Both the position numbers and the translations under genes were made by a program. A model generated the notes under the pieces. That model searched no databases and was not told where the DNA came from. It saw nothing but the letters and a program-made list of their open reading frames with translations. A stretch of 14,844 nt of DNA from Armatimonadota bacterium (GTDB taxonomy: Bacteria > Armatimonadota > UBA5829 > DTLH01), in the NCBI GenBank assembly GCA_039679675.1, contig JBDKUN010000017.1, positions 1 to 14,844 of the forward strand. Direction: 5' to 3'. Below are positions 1-7,589 of this stretch, piece after piece. The stretch's first letter is position 1; each line of letters opens with the position of its first letter.

Positions 1-246
1 ATCACGAAAGCAGGTAGTGGGCTTGTATAACTTGGTGACTCATCAAGTGAGTGTAATTGCAGCCCTTTCGGTGGACAATTTCTGCCCTAACCGGCAAGGC
101 GCCAAGTGTCATAAATCCACTACCCGAAAGCACGAAATTAGGAAAACACGAAATAGGGATAGATGGAATGGGGAAGACTTGTGCTTCTTCATGTGGTAAG
201 ACGAAAATCGGTCCCGAAGCATAGGGTATGTCTTTGGACTACCACA

Positions 247-376
247 ACGTCATGCCGAGCTTGACTCAGCATCCAGGAATAAAATGGACCCTGAATCTAT
301 GGATTTTCGGCTATAGCCGAAAATCTTCCGGGCGAGTTTCAGGTATAACCTGAAACTCCATAGTTCAGGGTGACGT
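247..376. repeat. REP-like double-hairpin palindromic repeat, copy 1 (interrupted by a 61-bp insert)
   Basis: ACGTCA(247-252)/TGACGT(371-376) ends. Hairpin ATGCCGAG-CTTGA-CTCAGCAT (252-272). Second stem ACCCTGAA(288-295)/TTCAGGGT(364-371). Near-identical copy at 14564-14625. Confidence 0.8.
300..360. mobile_element. Putative 61-bp MITE-like insert flanked by TA
   Basis: TA at 298-299 and 361-362; imperfect terminal inverted repeats TGGATTTTCGG / TGGAGTTTCAG (reverse complement of the right end); internal perfect 24-bp palindrome 302-325 and 11-bp hairpin 334-358; absent from the second copy of the host repeat. Confidence 0.55.
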
Positions 377-446
377 GCTATATTCCCTTTCCTTCCTTTC
401 ACCCTTTCGTGCTTTCGTGAGAAGAAACCTTGTCTAAGGAGTAACA

Positions 447-3400
447 ATGCCAAAGAGTGATAATATAAAAAAGGTTATGGTCATCGGGTCGGGACCGATT
501 GTGATCGGTCAGGCAGCGGAGTTCGACTACGCCGGGACCCAGGCCTGTACGGCGCTCAGGGAAGAGGGCATCGAGGTCGTTTTGATGAACTCGAACCCGG
601 CTACGATTATGACCGATACGGAGATCGCCGACAAGGTCTACATCGAGCCGCTGAACGTCGAGTTCGCCACGAAGATCATCGAGCAGGAGCGGCCTGACGG
701 ACTTTTGCCCACACTCGGCGGCCAGACAGGCCTAAACCTTGCTACCCGGCTTGCCAACCAGGGGGTGCTGGAAAAATATAACGTGCAGCTCCTCGGAACT
801 CCGCTTTCCGCCATTCAGATGGCTGAAGACAGGGAAGAGTTCCGCCAGCTTATGCACAGAATAGACGAACCCGTGCCGGACAGCTGGATAGTAGAAAACG
901 TCGATGACCTGAAGGCCATTGTAGCTGAAAACCCTCTCTTTCCGCTCATCGTCCGGCCTGCTTACACGCTCGGCGGGACCGGCGGAGGCATTGCGCACAA
1001 TGCTGATGAGCTGATAGAGATCGGCAGCCGGGGCTTGAAGCTCTCCATGCGAAGCCAGGTAATGATCGAGCGCAGCCTTATCGGCTGGAAAGAGATCGAA
1101 TACGAAGTAATGCGAGACGGCGCGGACAACTGCATTACCGTCTGCAACATGGAAAACTTTGACCCGATGGGTGTTCATACCGGCGACTCCATCGTAATCG
1201 CTCCTTCCCAGACACTCTCGGACAAAGAGTATCAGATGCTCCGCAGCACGTCGCTCAAGATCATCCGCGCTCTTGGAATAGAAGGTGGGTGCAACGTCCA
1301 GCTCGCCTTGAACCCGAAGAGCTTCGAATATTACGTCATCGAGGTAAACCCCAGGGTCAGCCGGTCTTCCGCGCTTGCATCGAAGGCCACGGGATACCCG
1401 ATTGCGAGGGTTGCAGCGAAAATTGCAGCCGGACTCACGCTCGACGAGATCCCGAACGCCGTTACGAAGAAGACTCTTGCCTGTTTCGAGCCTGCGCTGG
1501 ACTATGTGGTCGTCAAAATCCCGCGCTGGCCGTTCGACAAGTTTTCCCAGGCCGACCGCACCATCGGAACCCAGATGAAAGCCACCGGCGAGGTCATGTC
1601 GATAGACCGGACCTTCGAAGCCGCACTCATGAAGGCTGTGAGGTCGCTTGAGATCGGGATGTATTCCCTCAAGCCCAAGCATGCCGATCTTCTGAGCGAC
1701 ATGGACATCGAAGAAGGGCTCAGAACCGCGACGGACGAGCGGCTGTTCATCGTGGCTGAGGCGCTTCGCCGGGGAATGATGGTAGATGAGATCGCAGACC
1801 TCTCCAATATCGATCCCTGGTTCCTGAACAAGATCAAAGGCATAGTCGACCTCGAAAATGAGCTTAAATCATCGGCTGAGAGCATCCTGGCGATAGGTTC
1901 CGGGCAGTCCGAAAGCAGCGCAATCGAGCTTTTGAGAAGGGCGAAGGAACTGCGGTTCCCGGACAAGCTGATAAGCGACCTCACCGGCATCGGCGACAGA
2001 TACCTCAAATGGCTTGCCAGAAAGTACAACCTGCGCCCGGCTTATAAGATGGTGGACACCTGCGCTGCCGAGTTCGAAGCTGCAACACCTTACTTCTACT
2101 CATGTGACGAGAATGAAGACGAGGCGGCGTGTGAAGCTACCAGCCCACAGCCCCCGGTCTCCAACCCGCACAACAGCCGAAAGGCCATTGTAATCGGTTC
2201 CGGGCCTATAAGGATCGGCCAGGGGATAGAGTTCGACTACTGCAGCGTCCACTGCGTCCTTGCGCTGAGAGATGCCGGGTATAAGTCGATCATCATAAAC
2301 AACAACCCTGAGACAGTCTCGACCGACTTCGACACATCCGACAAGCTCTACTTCGAGCCGCTTACGGCGGAGGATGTGATGAACATCATCGACGAAGAGC
2401 ACCCGGACGGCGTCATTGTGCAGTTCGGAGGCCAGACGGCGATCAACCTCGCTGGCCCGCTGCACCAGGCTGGAGTCCCGATATTCGGGTCGAGTTATGA
2501 ATCGATTGAGCTCGCCGAGGACAGGGATAAGTTCGAGCGGATACTAAGAGAGCTTTCGATCCCGAAGCCTGACGGCCGCGCTGTGACATGCGTCGAGGAC
2601 GCGGTGCAGGTAGCCGAGGAGATCGGCTATCCGGTATTAGTGAGACCGAGCTGGGTGCTCGGCGGCCGGGCGATGGAGATCATTTACAACCGGCTGGAGC
2701 TCCTTTCATATATGGCTTACGTCGTGGAAGTCTCGCCGGAAGCGCCTATCCTCGTCGATAAATATATCATCGGCAAGGAAGTGGAAGTGGACGTCATCTC
2801 AGACGGCGTCGACTGCCTGATTCCGGGGATTATGGAGCACATAGAGCGGGCCGGGGTGCATTCCGGTGACTCGATGGCCGTATGCCCACCGCAGACGCTC
2901 TCACAGGATGTCATCAATCAGATTGTCGACCATTCGATCAAGCTCGCCGGGGCGCTCGAAGTCAAGGGACTGATGAATATCCAGTACGTCGTAGACGACG
3001 GCCTCGTCCAGGTGATAGAAGTCAACCCGCGCGCGAGCCGCACGGTTCCGTACCTCTCGAAGATCACCGGCGTGCCTATGATCAAGGTCGCAACGAACGT
3101 TATTCTCGGCCAGAGCCTCGCGGAACAGGGTTACGGGACCGGGCTTTACCAGAAACAGCCCAGTCTGGCAGTGAAGGCTCCTGTTTTTTCCTTCCAAAAG
3201 CTGACCGAAGTGGATATTTCGCTTGGGCCTGAGATGAAATCGACCGGTGAGATAATGGGGATTGACACGGACTACTCTCGTGCGCTTTACAAGGCGATGG
3301 TCGCAGCCGGGATCGACGTGCCGCTTGAGGGAAGCCTCATAGCAACGATTGCAGACCAGGACAAAGACGAAGCGCTGCCGATCATCAGGCAATTTGCCAA

Positions 3401-3761
3401 CCTTGGCTATAAAATATACTCCACCGAAGGCACAGCCAACTTCCTGAAGTCGAACGGCGTCGAGGCAACGACAGTCCACAAGATCAGCGACGGCGAATCT
3501 CCAAACCTTCTGGACTTGGTCCGGGGTGGCAAGGTCGAACTCCTAATAAACACGATGTCGAAAGACAAAAAAACGGAAATGGAAGCAGCGATAATCCGAA
3601 AAGCCAGCGTCCAGCACGGTGTCCCGTGTATGACATCGCTCGATACGGCCAAAGCGCTCCTCTGTGCACTGTCCGCTAAACAAAACGGCGAGCATTTCGC
3701 TTGCCTGACTATAGACAAGTATCTTGGGAACAGCAGGACAGCGAAGAAATGTCATTCTTAG
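447..3761 (+). CDS. carB: Carbamoyl-phosphate synthase large subunit
   Basis: 1104 aa. N-terminal [17 protein letters not shown], duplicated second half [20 protein letters not shown] motifs in both ATP-grasp halves, C-terminal MGS-like domain. RBS AAGGAG at 436-441. Confidence 0.98.
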   Translation: MPKSDNIKKVMVIGSGPIVIGQAAEFDYAGTQACTALREEGIEVVLMNSNPATIMTDTEIADKVYIEPLNVEFATKIIEQERPDGLLPTLGGQTGLNLATRLANQGVLEKYNVQLLGTPLSAIQMAEDREEFRQLMHRIDEPVPDSWIVENVDDLKAIVAENPLFPLIVRPAYTLGGTGGGIAHNADELIEIGSRGLKLSMRSQVMIERSLIGWKEIEYEVMRDGADNCITVCNMENFDPMGVHTGDSIVIAPSQTLSDKEYQMLRSTSLKIIRALGIEGGCNVQLALNPKSFEYYVIEVNPRVSRSSALASKATGYPIARVAAKIAAGLTLDEIPNAVTKKTLACFEPALDYVVVKIPRWPFDKFSQADRTIGTQMKATGEVMSIDRTFEAALMKAVRSLEIGMYSLKPKHADLLSDMDIEEGLRTATDERLFIVAEALRRGMMVDEIADLSNIDPWFLNKIKGIVDLENELKSSAESILAIGSGQSESSAIELLRRAKELRFPDKLISDLTGIGDRYLKWLARKYNLRPAYKMVDTCAAEFEAATPYFYSCDENEDEAACEATSPQPPVSNPHNSRKAIVIGSGPIRIGQGIEFDYCSVHCVLALRDAGYKSIIINNNPETVSTDFDTSDKLYFEPLTAEDVMNIIDEEHPDGVIVQFGGQTAINLAGPLHQAGVPIFGSSYESIELAEDRDKFERILRELSIPKPDGRAVTCVEDAVQVAEEIGYPVLVRPSWVLGGRAMEIIYNRLELLSYMAYVVEVSPEAPILVDKYIIGKEVEVDVISDGVDCLIPGIMEHIERAGVHSGDSMAVCPPQTLSQDVINQIVDHSIKLAGALEVKGLMNIQYVVDDGLVQVIEVNPRASRTVPYLSKITGVPMIKVATNVILGQSLAEQGYGTGLYQKQPSLAVKAPVFSFQKLTEVDISLGPEMKSTGEIMGIDTDYSRALYKAMVAAGIDVPLEGSLIATIADQDKDEALPIIRQFANLGYKIYSTEGTANFLKSNGVEATTVHKISDGESPNLLDLVRGGKVELLINTMSKDKKTEMEAAIIRKASVQHGVPCMTSLDTAKALLCALSAKQNGEHFACLTIDKYLGNSRTAKKCHS

Positions 3762-3770
3762 CTTTCTGCA

Positions 3771-3799
3771 TTGACAACTGATAGGCCGTAGGCTATAAA
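3771..3799 (+). promoter_or_regulatory. Sigma70-type promoter
   Basis: TTGACA (3771-3776), 17-nt spacer, TATAAA (3794-3799). Predicted +1 at about 3805-3806 coincides with the first base of a long RNA stem. Confidence 0.7.
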
Positions 3800-3805
3800 G
3801 AAGTT

Positions 3806-3923
3806 AAGCCCGCAGCATTACTTACGGGGTTTCGGCATCTGATTTGACTAATAATAGATATTTTTCAGTCGAAACTCTAAGGGCTGTTACAAGCAGTTTG
3901 AAGTAGTGCTCGCGGGCTTTTTT
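3806..3923 (+). ncRNA. Candidate ~118-nt structured small RNA (three-way junction), family not recognised
   Basis: Terminal 18-bp stem 3806-3823/3901-3919 with a single bulged C3911; 11-bp stem 3826-3836/3868-3878; 8-bp hairpin 3881-3899; T6 run 3918-3923; own promoter. Several G-U pairs work only on the + strand. Confidence 0.65.
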
Positions 3924-3933
3924 ATCAGACAAC

Positions 3934-4044
3934 TTGCCGGTGATTATTCCCGCATATCCTAACGTTCCCGAGCCGTCGAGCATCCTTTCGCTCATTCTTG
4001 GTCTTGGCGGAGTCGGCGGGATGTTGCTTAGGAGAAAGAAGTAA
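3934..4044 (+). pseudogene. Orphan PEP-CTERM sorting signal (gene remnant or micro-protein), not in the ORF track
   Basis: Frame reads LPVIIPAYPN-VPEPSSILSLILGLGGVGGMLLRRKK-stop (TAA 4042-4044): VPEP motif, hydrophobic helix, basic tail. In-frame TAG at 3904-3906 upstream; no signal peptide and no clear RBS. Confidence 0.7.
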
Positions 4045-4136
4045 GATTTCGGCGCAAAGGGCGCATGCGAAAGATAAAACCGGCATGTGCTCGAAATTAA
4101 CGGTGTGATTAAGTAATAAATGGAGGAAACAGTCAT

Positions 4137-4436
4137 TTGCCTACTCTGATTATGATCGCATGGACAAAGATTTCCATATTCGCGGTTGGAATATGTCTTC
4201 TCTTGGGGTTGCAGGTGGTGTACAAACAGCGCTTTCCGAAAACATTCTGGCTCCGCATCACTGGTGTAACAGCGATCATATTAGTGCTTACAGGTGTCGA
4301 TATTCTAGCATGGTATCAACGAGGTTACCTCTTGCCACACCAAATCAAAGTGCTAAAGAATGCCATAGAAATTATCGTATTGATTGCATTTATGTGGAGC
4401 ATTATCAAAGCTTTGCAGCAAGAGAAGCGGTCCTGA
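4137..4436 (+). CDS. Small hypothetical membrane protein (about 3 TM helices)
   Basis: 99 aa, TTG start with GGAGG at 4122-4126, three hydrophobic segments. Confidence 0.65.
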   Translation: MPTLIMIAWTKISIFAVGICLLLGLQVVYKQRFPKTFWLRITGVTAIILVLTGVDILAWYQRGYLLPHQIKVLKNAIEIIVLIAFMWSIIKALQQEKRS

Positions 4437-4496
4437 TCGAAGTAAAAAACAGACTAAATCATAAATAACGATCTTTACATATTGAGGTAAATATAG

Positions 4497-4952
4497 ATGA
4501 AACTTGCTGAAGCTCTCATACTTCGAGCTGATTGTCAAAAGAGAATAGAACAGCTAAAACAACGGCTTATGCGCAATGCAAAAAGCCAGGAAGGTGATTC
4601 GCCTGCTGAGAATCCCTCTCAGTTACTTCATGAAATGGAAAAAGCAGCTGCGGAGCTGCAGGACCTCATCCAGCGGATCAATAAGACAAATTCGGAAGTA
4701 AAGCTCGATTCGGCGCAGACACTATCGGATGCTCTTGCGGTGAGGGACGTGCTCACAGTCCGGCAGGGCGTATACCGTGAGCTTGCTGCGGCGGCAACTG
4801 TAACTCAGGACCGTTACACCAAGTCCGAAGTGAAGTTCAAGGGAAATGTCCGAGTCGATGAGATTCAAAATAAAGCTGACGATATAGCCAAGGAGCGACG
4901 AGAACTGGACGCCAAGATACAGGAGTGTAACTGGCGCACAGATCTGTTATAA
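4497..4952 (+). CDS. DIP1984-family protein (helical/coiled-coil, function unknown)
   Basis: 151 aa with the family pattern MKLAEAL..RAD.QKRIEQL..R...NA..QEG..PAE.P..L ... RINKTN ... L.DALA.RD.L ... RY..SE.K ... RELD..IQ..NW..DL. RBS GAGGT upstream. Family recognised from memory. Confidence 0.85.
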   Translation: MKLAEALILRADCQKRIEQLKQRLMRNAKSQEGDSPAENPSQLLHEMEKAAAELQDLIQRINKTNSEVKLDSAQTLSDALAVRDVLTVRQGVYRELAAAATVTQDRYTKSEVKFKGNVRVDEIQNKADDIAKERRELDAKIQECNWRTDLL

Positions 4953-4961
4953 ACACATTGA

Positions 4962-5221
4962 TTTCAATCGTAGCAGGTAGCTTTTTGTACGGAAGCGAGC
5001 ACAAAACACGCCTCTTGGCGTTTGGATAGGGTCGGAGCGGCCCAGGTGAGCTCGATACTCACATTACAATGTATGCTCAGTAATGTTACAAGCGCACAGT
5101 GTACTGTAAATGTTATTACCGAGTGCTGGTCCGTGTGATAAGCGAGGGCGGGAATGGGGTTCCGATTGAAAACGATAGGACAGCGGCAAGAGAAACATTG
5201 GACGAGGACTTTAATCTGCTG
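4962..5221 (+). ncRNA. Candidate ~260-nt structured RNA downstream of the DIP1984-family gene
   Basis: Ends pair (4971-4990 with 5200-5221, with bulges and G-U). Hairpins ACGCC-TCTT-GGCGT (5008-5021), GGGTCG-GAG-CGGCCC (5029-5043), GTGAG/CTCAC (5046-5062), ACATTAC/GTAATGT (5061-5086), ACAG-TGTA-CTGT (5096-5107), GGAAT-GGG-GTTCC (5151-5163). Perfect 9-bp match 4962-4970/5163-5171. No credible ORF. Confidence 0.55.
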
Positions 5222-5229
5222 GGTGAGGC

Positions 5230-5661
5230 ATGATGAGCGAACAAAATGACAATGTATTATACGAAGCAAATCCGTCAACAATTAAGAAGATGCGCATTCT
5301 GTTCTGGTCGGTTTTCATCGCTGTCCTGATACCGCTTGCGATAATCACGAAGATAGCAAGCCAATCTCTCACTTTAACGGTTTTTATGGTCCTTGCAACA
5401 GTGATGGTGATGCTGTACAACGGATACCGCTCTATAATCGGTGTCAAAATATCTCCTGATGAGTTGATTATCATAACACCTTTTGCCGAAGAATGTTTCC
5501 GTTGGAATATGTTAACAGTCAGAAGGTATCCACGTACGTTCTGTCGGATGGACATCATCATACAAGGCAGATTTTTGCCGTATATGGCCGCGTACGGAAT
5601 CCGGTCAAGCGGTTTCAGGAATGCTCTGGATACGATTGAGGAATTATCCCGTCGAGCATAG
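5230..5661 (+). CDS. Hypothetical membrane protein (2 N-terminal TM helices plus small soluble domain)
   Basis: 143 aa, GGGTGAGG RBS-like sequence just upstream, two hydrophobic segments then a beta-rich-looking soluble tail. True start may be the second ATG (5233). Confidence 0.7.
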   Translation: MMSEQNDNVLYEANPSTIKKMRILFWSVFIAVLIPLAIITKIASQSLTLTVFMVLATVMVMLYNGYRSIIGVKISPDELIIITPFAEECFRWNMLTVRRYPRTFCRMDIIIQGRFLPYMAAYGIRSSGFRNALDTIEELSRRA

Positions 5662-5697
5662 TAGCAAATGTTTCTCGCATAAATACCGGTAAATTGA

Positions 5698-5724
5698 GCT
5701 TCGGCGCGAAAAACGCGCCGAAGC
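5698..5724. terminator. GC-rich hairpin between convergent genes, probable terminator
   Basis: Perfect 11-bp stem GCTTCGGCGCG-AAAAA-CGCGCCGAAGC; no strong U-tract. Confidence 0.55.
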
Positions 5725-5741
5725 ATTCATATCTTCACTTC

Positions 5742-6932
5742 TTATTTCGTCCCGGCGCCTTCTGCCTTCTTTGTGGCGTAAAGCGGGGACATCATCCTCA
5801 GCCGCTCGACGATTACCGGGAGCGCTTCGAGCACGTTTTTCACGTCCCATTCCGTGTTTTCACGCCCTAAGGTAAGCCTCAGGCTGCCGTGAGCCTCTTC
5901 ATGCTTTAAGCCGAGAGACATCAGCACATGGGAGGGGTCGAGCGAACCGGATGTGCATGCGCTGCCTGACGAAGCGCAGATTCCGTGCATGTCGAGAAGC
6001 AAAATGATGGATTCGCCCTCTATGCCGTCGAAAGATACGTTCACGTTGTTCGGCAGCCGGTTGGTCCGGTGGCCATTCAGCCGGACATCGGGGATTTTTG
6101 CCAGGATGCCATCGATCAGCTTGTCCCGGAGAGCTGTGAGCTGGGGGCTTGTCTCACCCATGCTCTCCCTCGCGATCTCTGCAGCCTTGCCAAGCCCGAC
6201 TATGCCCGGCACGTTGTGTGTTCCTGCGCGCCGGTTCATTTCCTGGCCGCCGCCCATCATAAACCGCTGGATTTTCGCTCCTTTACGCAGGTACATCGCG
6301 CCGATACCCTTCGGACCGTAGAACTTGTGGGCAGATATGGAAAGCGCATCGCAGCCGATTGTGTCCACATCCACAGGAATGCTGCCGACTGCCTGGACGG
6401 TATCTGTGTGGAAGATGATATTCCGATCCCGCGCGATCTTTCCGATCTCCTCGACCGGCTGGATCGTCCCGATCTCGTTATTCGCATGCATCACGGAGAT
6501 GATGGTCGTTTTGTCGGTGATTGCGCGCTTTACATCTTCAGGATCGACCATACCGTCTTTATCAACCGGCAGATATGTGACTGTAAAGCCGTGTTTCTCA
6601 AGGAAGTGGCAGGTCTCAAGGATTGCATGGTGCTCTATCTTACTTGTGATGATATGATTTCCCTTGCTCTCGTTTGCAAACGCTCCGCCGGTGAGCGCCC
6701 AGTTGTCCGACTCTGTCCCGCCGCTCGTGAAATAGACCTCGTCCGGCTTTGCGCCGATGAGAAGCGCTAACTTCTCCCGTGCTTCTTCGACCGCCGACTT
6801 TGCATCTTTACCAAGCGAGTACAAAGTGGATGCGCTTCCGAACCGGTCGGTGAAATACGGCAGCATCGCCTGTAATACCTCAGGATCGGTCGGCGTCGTA
6901 GCCGCGTGGTCAAGGTAGATGACTTTGTACAT
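5742..6932 (-). CDS. iscS: Cysteine desulfurase, IscS/NifS (group I)
   Basis: YLDHAATT, FTSGGTESDN, PLP-lysine motif SAHKFYGPKG, GGGQE, catalytic SSGSAC, SLRLTLGR. Confidence 0.95.
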   Translation of the reverse strand: MYKVIYLDHAATTPTDPEVLQAMLPYFTDRFGSASTLYSLGKDAKSAVEEAREKLALLIGAKPDEVYFTSGGTESDNWALTGGAFANESKGNHIITSKIEHHAILETCHFLEKHGFTVTYLPVDKDGMVDPEDVKRAITDKTTIISVMHANNEIGTIQPVEEIGKIARDRNIIFHTDTVQAVGSIPVDVDTIGCDALSISAHKFYGPKGIGAMYLRKGAKIQRFMMGGGQEMNRRAGTHNVPGIVGLGKAAEIARESMGETSPQLTALRDKLIDGILAKIPDVRLNGHRTNRLPNNVNVSFDGIEGESIILLLDMHGICASSGSACTSGSLDPSHVLMSLGLKHEEAHGSLRLTLGRENTEWDVKNVLEALPVIVERLRMMSPLYATKKAEGAGTK

Positions 6933-6943
6933 TATCGTTCCCC

Positions 6944-7468
6944 CTATGTATTTTCAATCGTAGTTCCTGTAAGCTCAAGATGGGTCCGGTTTACTATGCA
7001 GCAGCCGATGTGATCGTCTCCACAGCGCAGGCATACCGAATCGACATCTTTTTTGTCCTCAAGCATGGCTGCGAGAAGCGCCTCAAGTCCGCGCATTACG
7101 CCTTCTAGGTCTTCGGACTTGACTCTTGCAAGGGCCCGCGATAGTATCTCCGTCCGTTTCGTAAGGAGACGGGCTCCAATCTCATGCCCGGACTGTGTCA
7201 GCCCTATAAGTGACACCCGCCTATCTGATGCGCTCTCTGTCCGGTGAACAAAGCCTTTTTTCCGCAGCCTGTCCACCATCCTGACAGCGGCAGGATGGCT
7301 TATCGCAAGCCCCTGGGCGATTTCCCCGACCGGGGACTCGCCATGATGATACAGGTAAGACAGCCCCTGAAGCTGGGACGGTGTAAGACCCAAATCTTCC
7401 GGCTCCATGCTTGCCATTACCCTTCCGAACAGGGCAGCTATCTTTTCGACATACCGTGCAGTATCCAT
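6944..7468 (-). CDS. MarR-family transcriptional regulator with C-terminal Cys/His cluster
   Basis: LTPSQLQGL...GEIAQGLAISHPAAVRMVDRLRKKGFVHR...DRRVSLIGLTQSG winged HTH; tail CLRCGDDHIGCC; 11 nt upstream of iscS. Confidence 0.9.
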   Translation of the reverse strand: MDTARYVEKIAALFGRVMASMEPEDLGLTPSQLQGLSYLYHHGESPVGEIAQGLAISHPAAVRMVDRLRKKGFVHRTESASDRRVSLIGLTQSGHEIGARLLTKRTEILSRALARVKSEDLEGVMRGLEALLAAMLEDKKDVDSVCLRCGDDHIGCCIVNRTHLELTGTTIENT

Positions 7469-7496
7469 GTTTGCCTGCTATATACCCAAAACACCA

Positions 7497-7519
7497 ATTA
7501 TGTAACCTGGTTACATAAT
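7497..7519. promoter_or_regulatory. Perfect 11-1-11 palindrome, probable MarR operator
   Basis: ATTATGTAACC-T-GGTTACATAAT, overlapping the -10 and +1 of the marR-iscS promoter. Confidence 0.75.
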
Positions 7520-7543
7520 ATTCGATAGGATTAGCTGTGTCAA
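7515..7543 (-). promoter_or_regulatory. Sigma70 promoter for marR-iscS
   Basis: Minus strand TTGACA (7543-7538), 17-nt spacer, TATTAT (7520-7515). Confidence 0.75.
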
Positions 7544-7551
7544 GGTACACC

Positions 7552-7580
7552 TTGACATTTCACTCCTATCCGGCTATCAT
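7552..7580 (+). promoter_or_regulatory. Sigma70 promoter for the feoB operon
   Basis: TTGACA (7552-7557), 17-nt spacer, TATCAT (7575-7580). Confidence 0.75.
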
Positions 7581-7589
7581 AATCATAAT

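Larger units (their letters stand above)
125..417. repeat. Outer inverted-repeat element (CGAAAGCACGAAA ... TTTCGTGCTTTCG)
   Basis: Perfect 13-bp inverted repeat 125-137 / 405-417. A further partial arm TCACGAAAGCA at 2-12 matches 410-420, and a variant GAAAACACGAAA follows the first arm. A purine-rich tract (~155-177) mirrors a pyrimidine-rich tract (~384-404). Confidence 0.6.

Noticed and set aside
380..446. Possible PyrR attenuator or riboswitch before carB
   Set aside because: No PyrR binding-loop motif or terminator/antiterminator seen; the pyrimidine tract is explained by the outer inverted repeat.
1..446. Absence of carA next to carB
   Set aside because: carA could lie just before the window start or elsewhere; cannot be judged here.
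17..453. ORFs 17-199 (+) and 250-453 (-)
   Set aside because: They run through palindromic repeats and have no protein-like features.
732..3755. Numerous alternative-frame and antisense ORFs within carB (e.g. 732-1682 minus, 316 aa)
   Set aside because: Fully overlap a confidently identified gene and show no recognisable motifs; typical shadows of GC-rich coding sequence. The same applies to shadow ORFs in iscS, feoB, the DtxR gene and dnaN.
3808..3933. Read-through of TAG 3904-3906 to extend the PEP-CTERM frame
   Set aside because: The extension has no start codon with RBS or signal peptide and coincides with the RNA helices; no support for recoding.
3822..4136. 104-aa minus-strand ORF
   Set aside because: It is the antisense of the PEP-CTERM tail and the structured RNA candidate, which explain the sequence better.
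5125..5133. GCTGGTCCG resembles the 5' end of vertebrate Y RNAs
   Set aside because: Only 9 nt, internal to the element, and no Ro/Rsr gene in the window; likely chance.
4964..5281. 105-aa minus-strand ORF over the DIP1984 downstream region
   Set aside because: No recognisable motif, overlaps the next gene antisense; the dense stem pattern favours a non-coding role.
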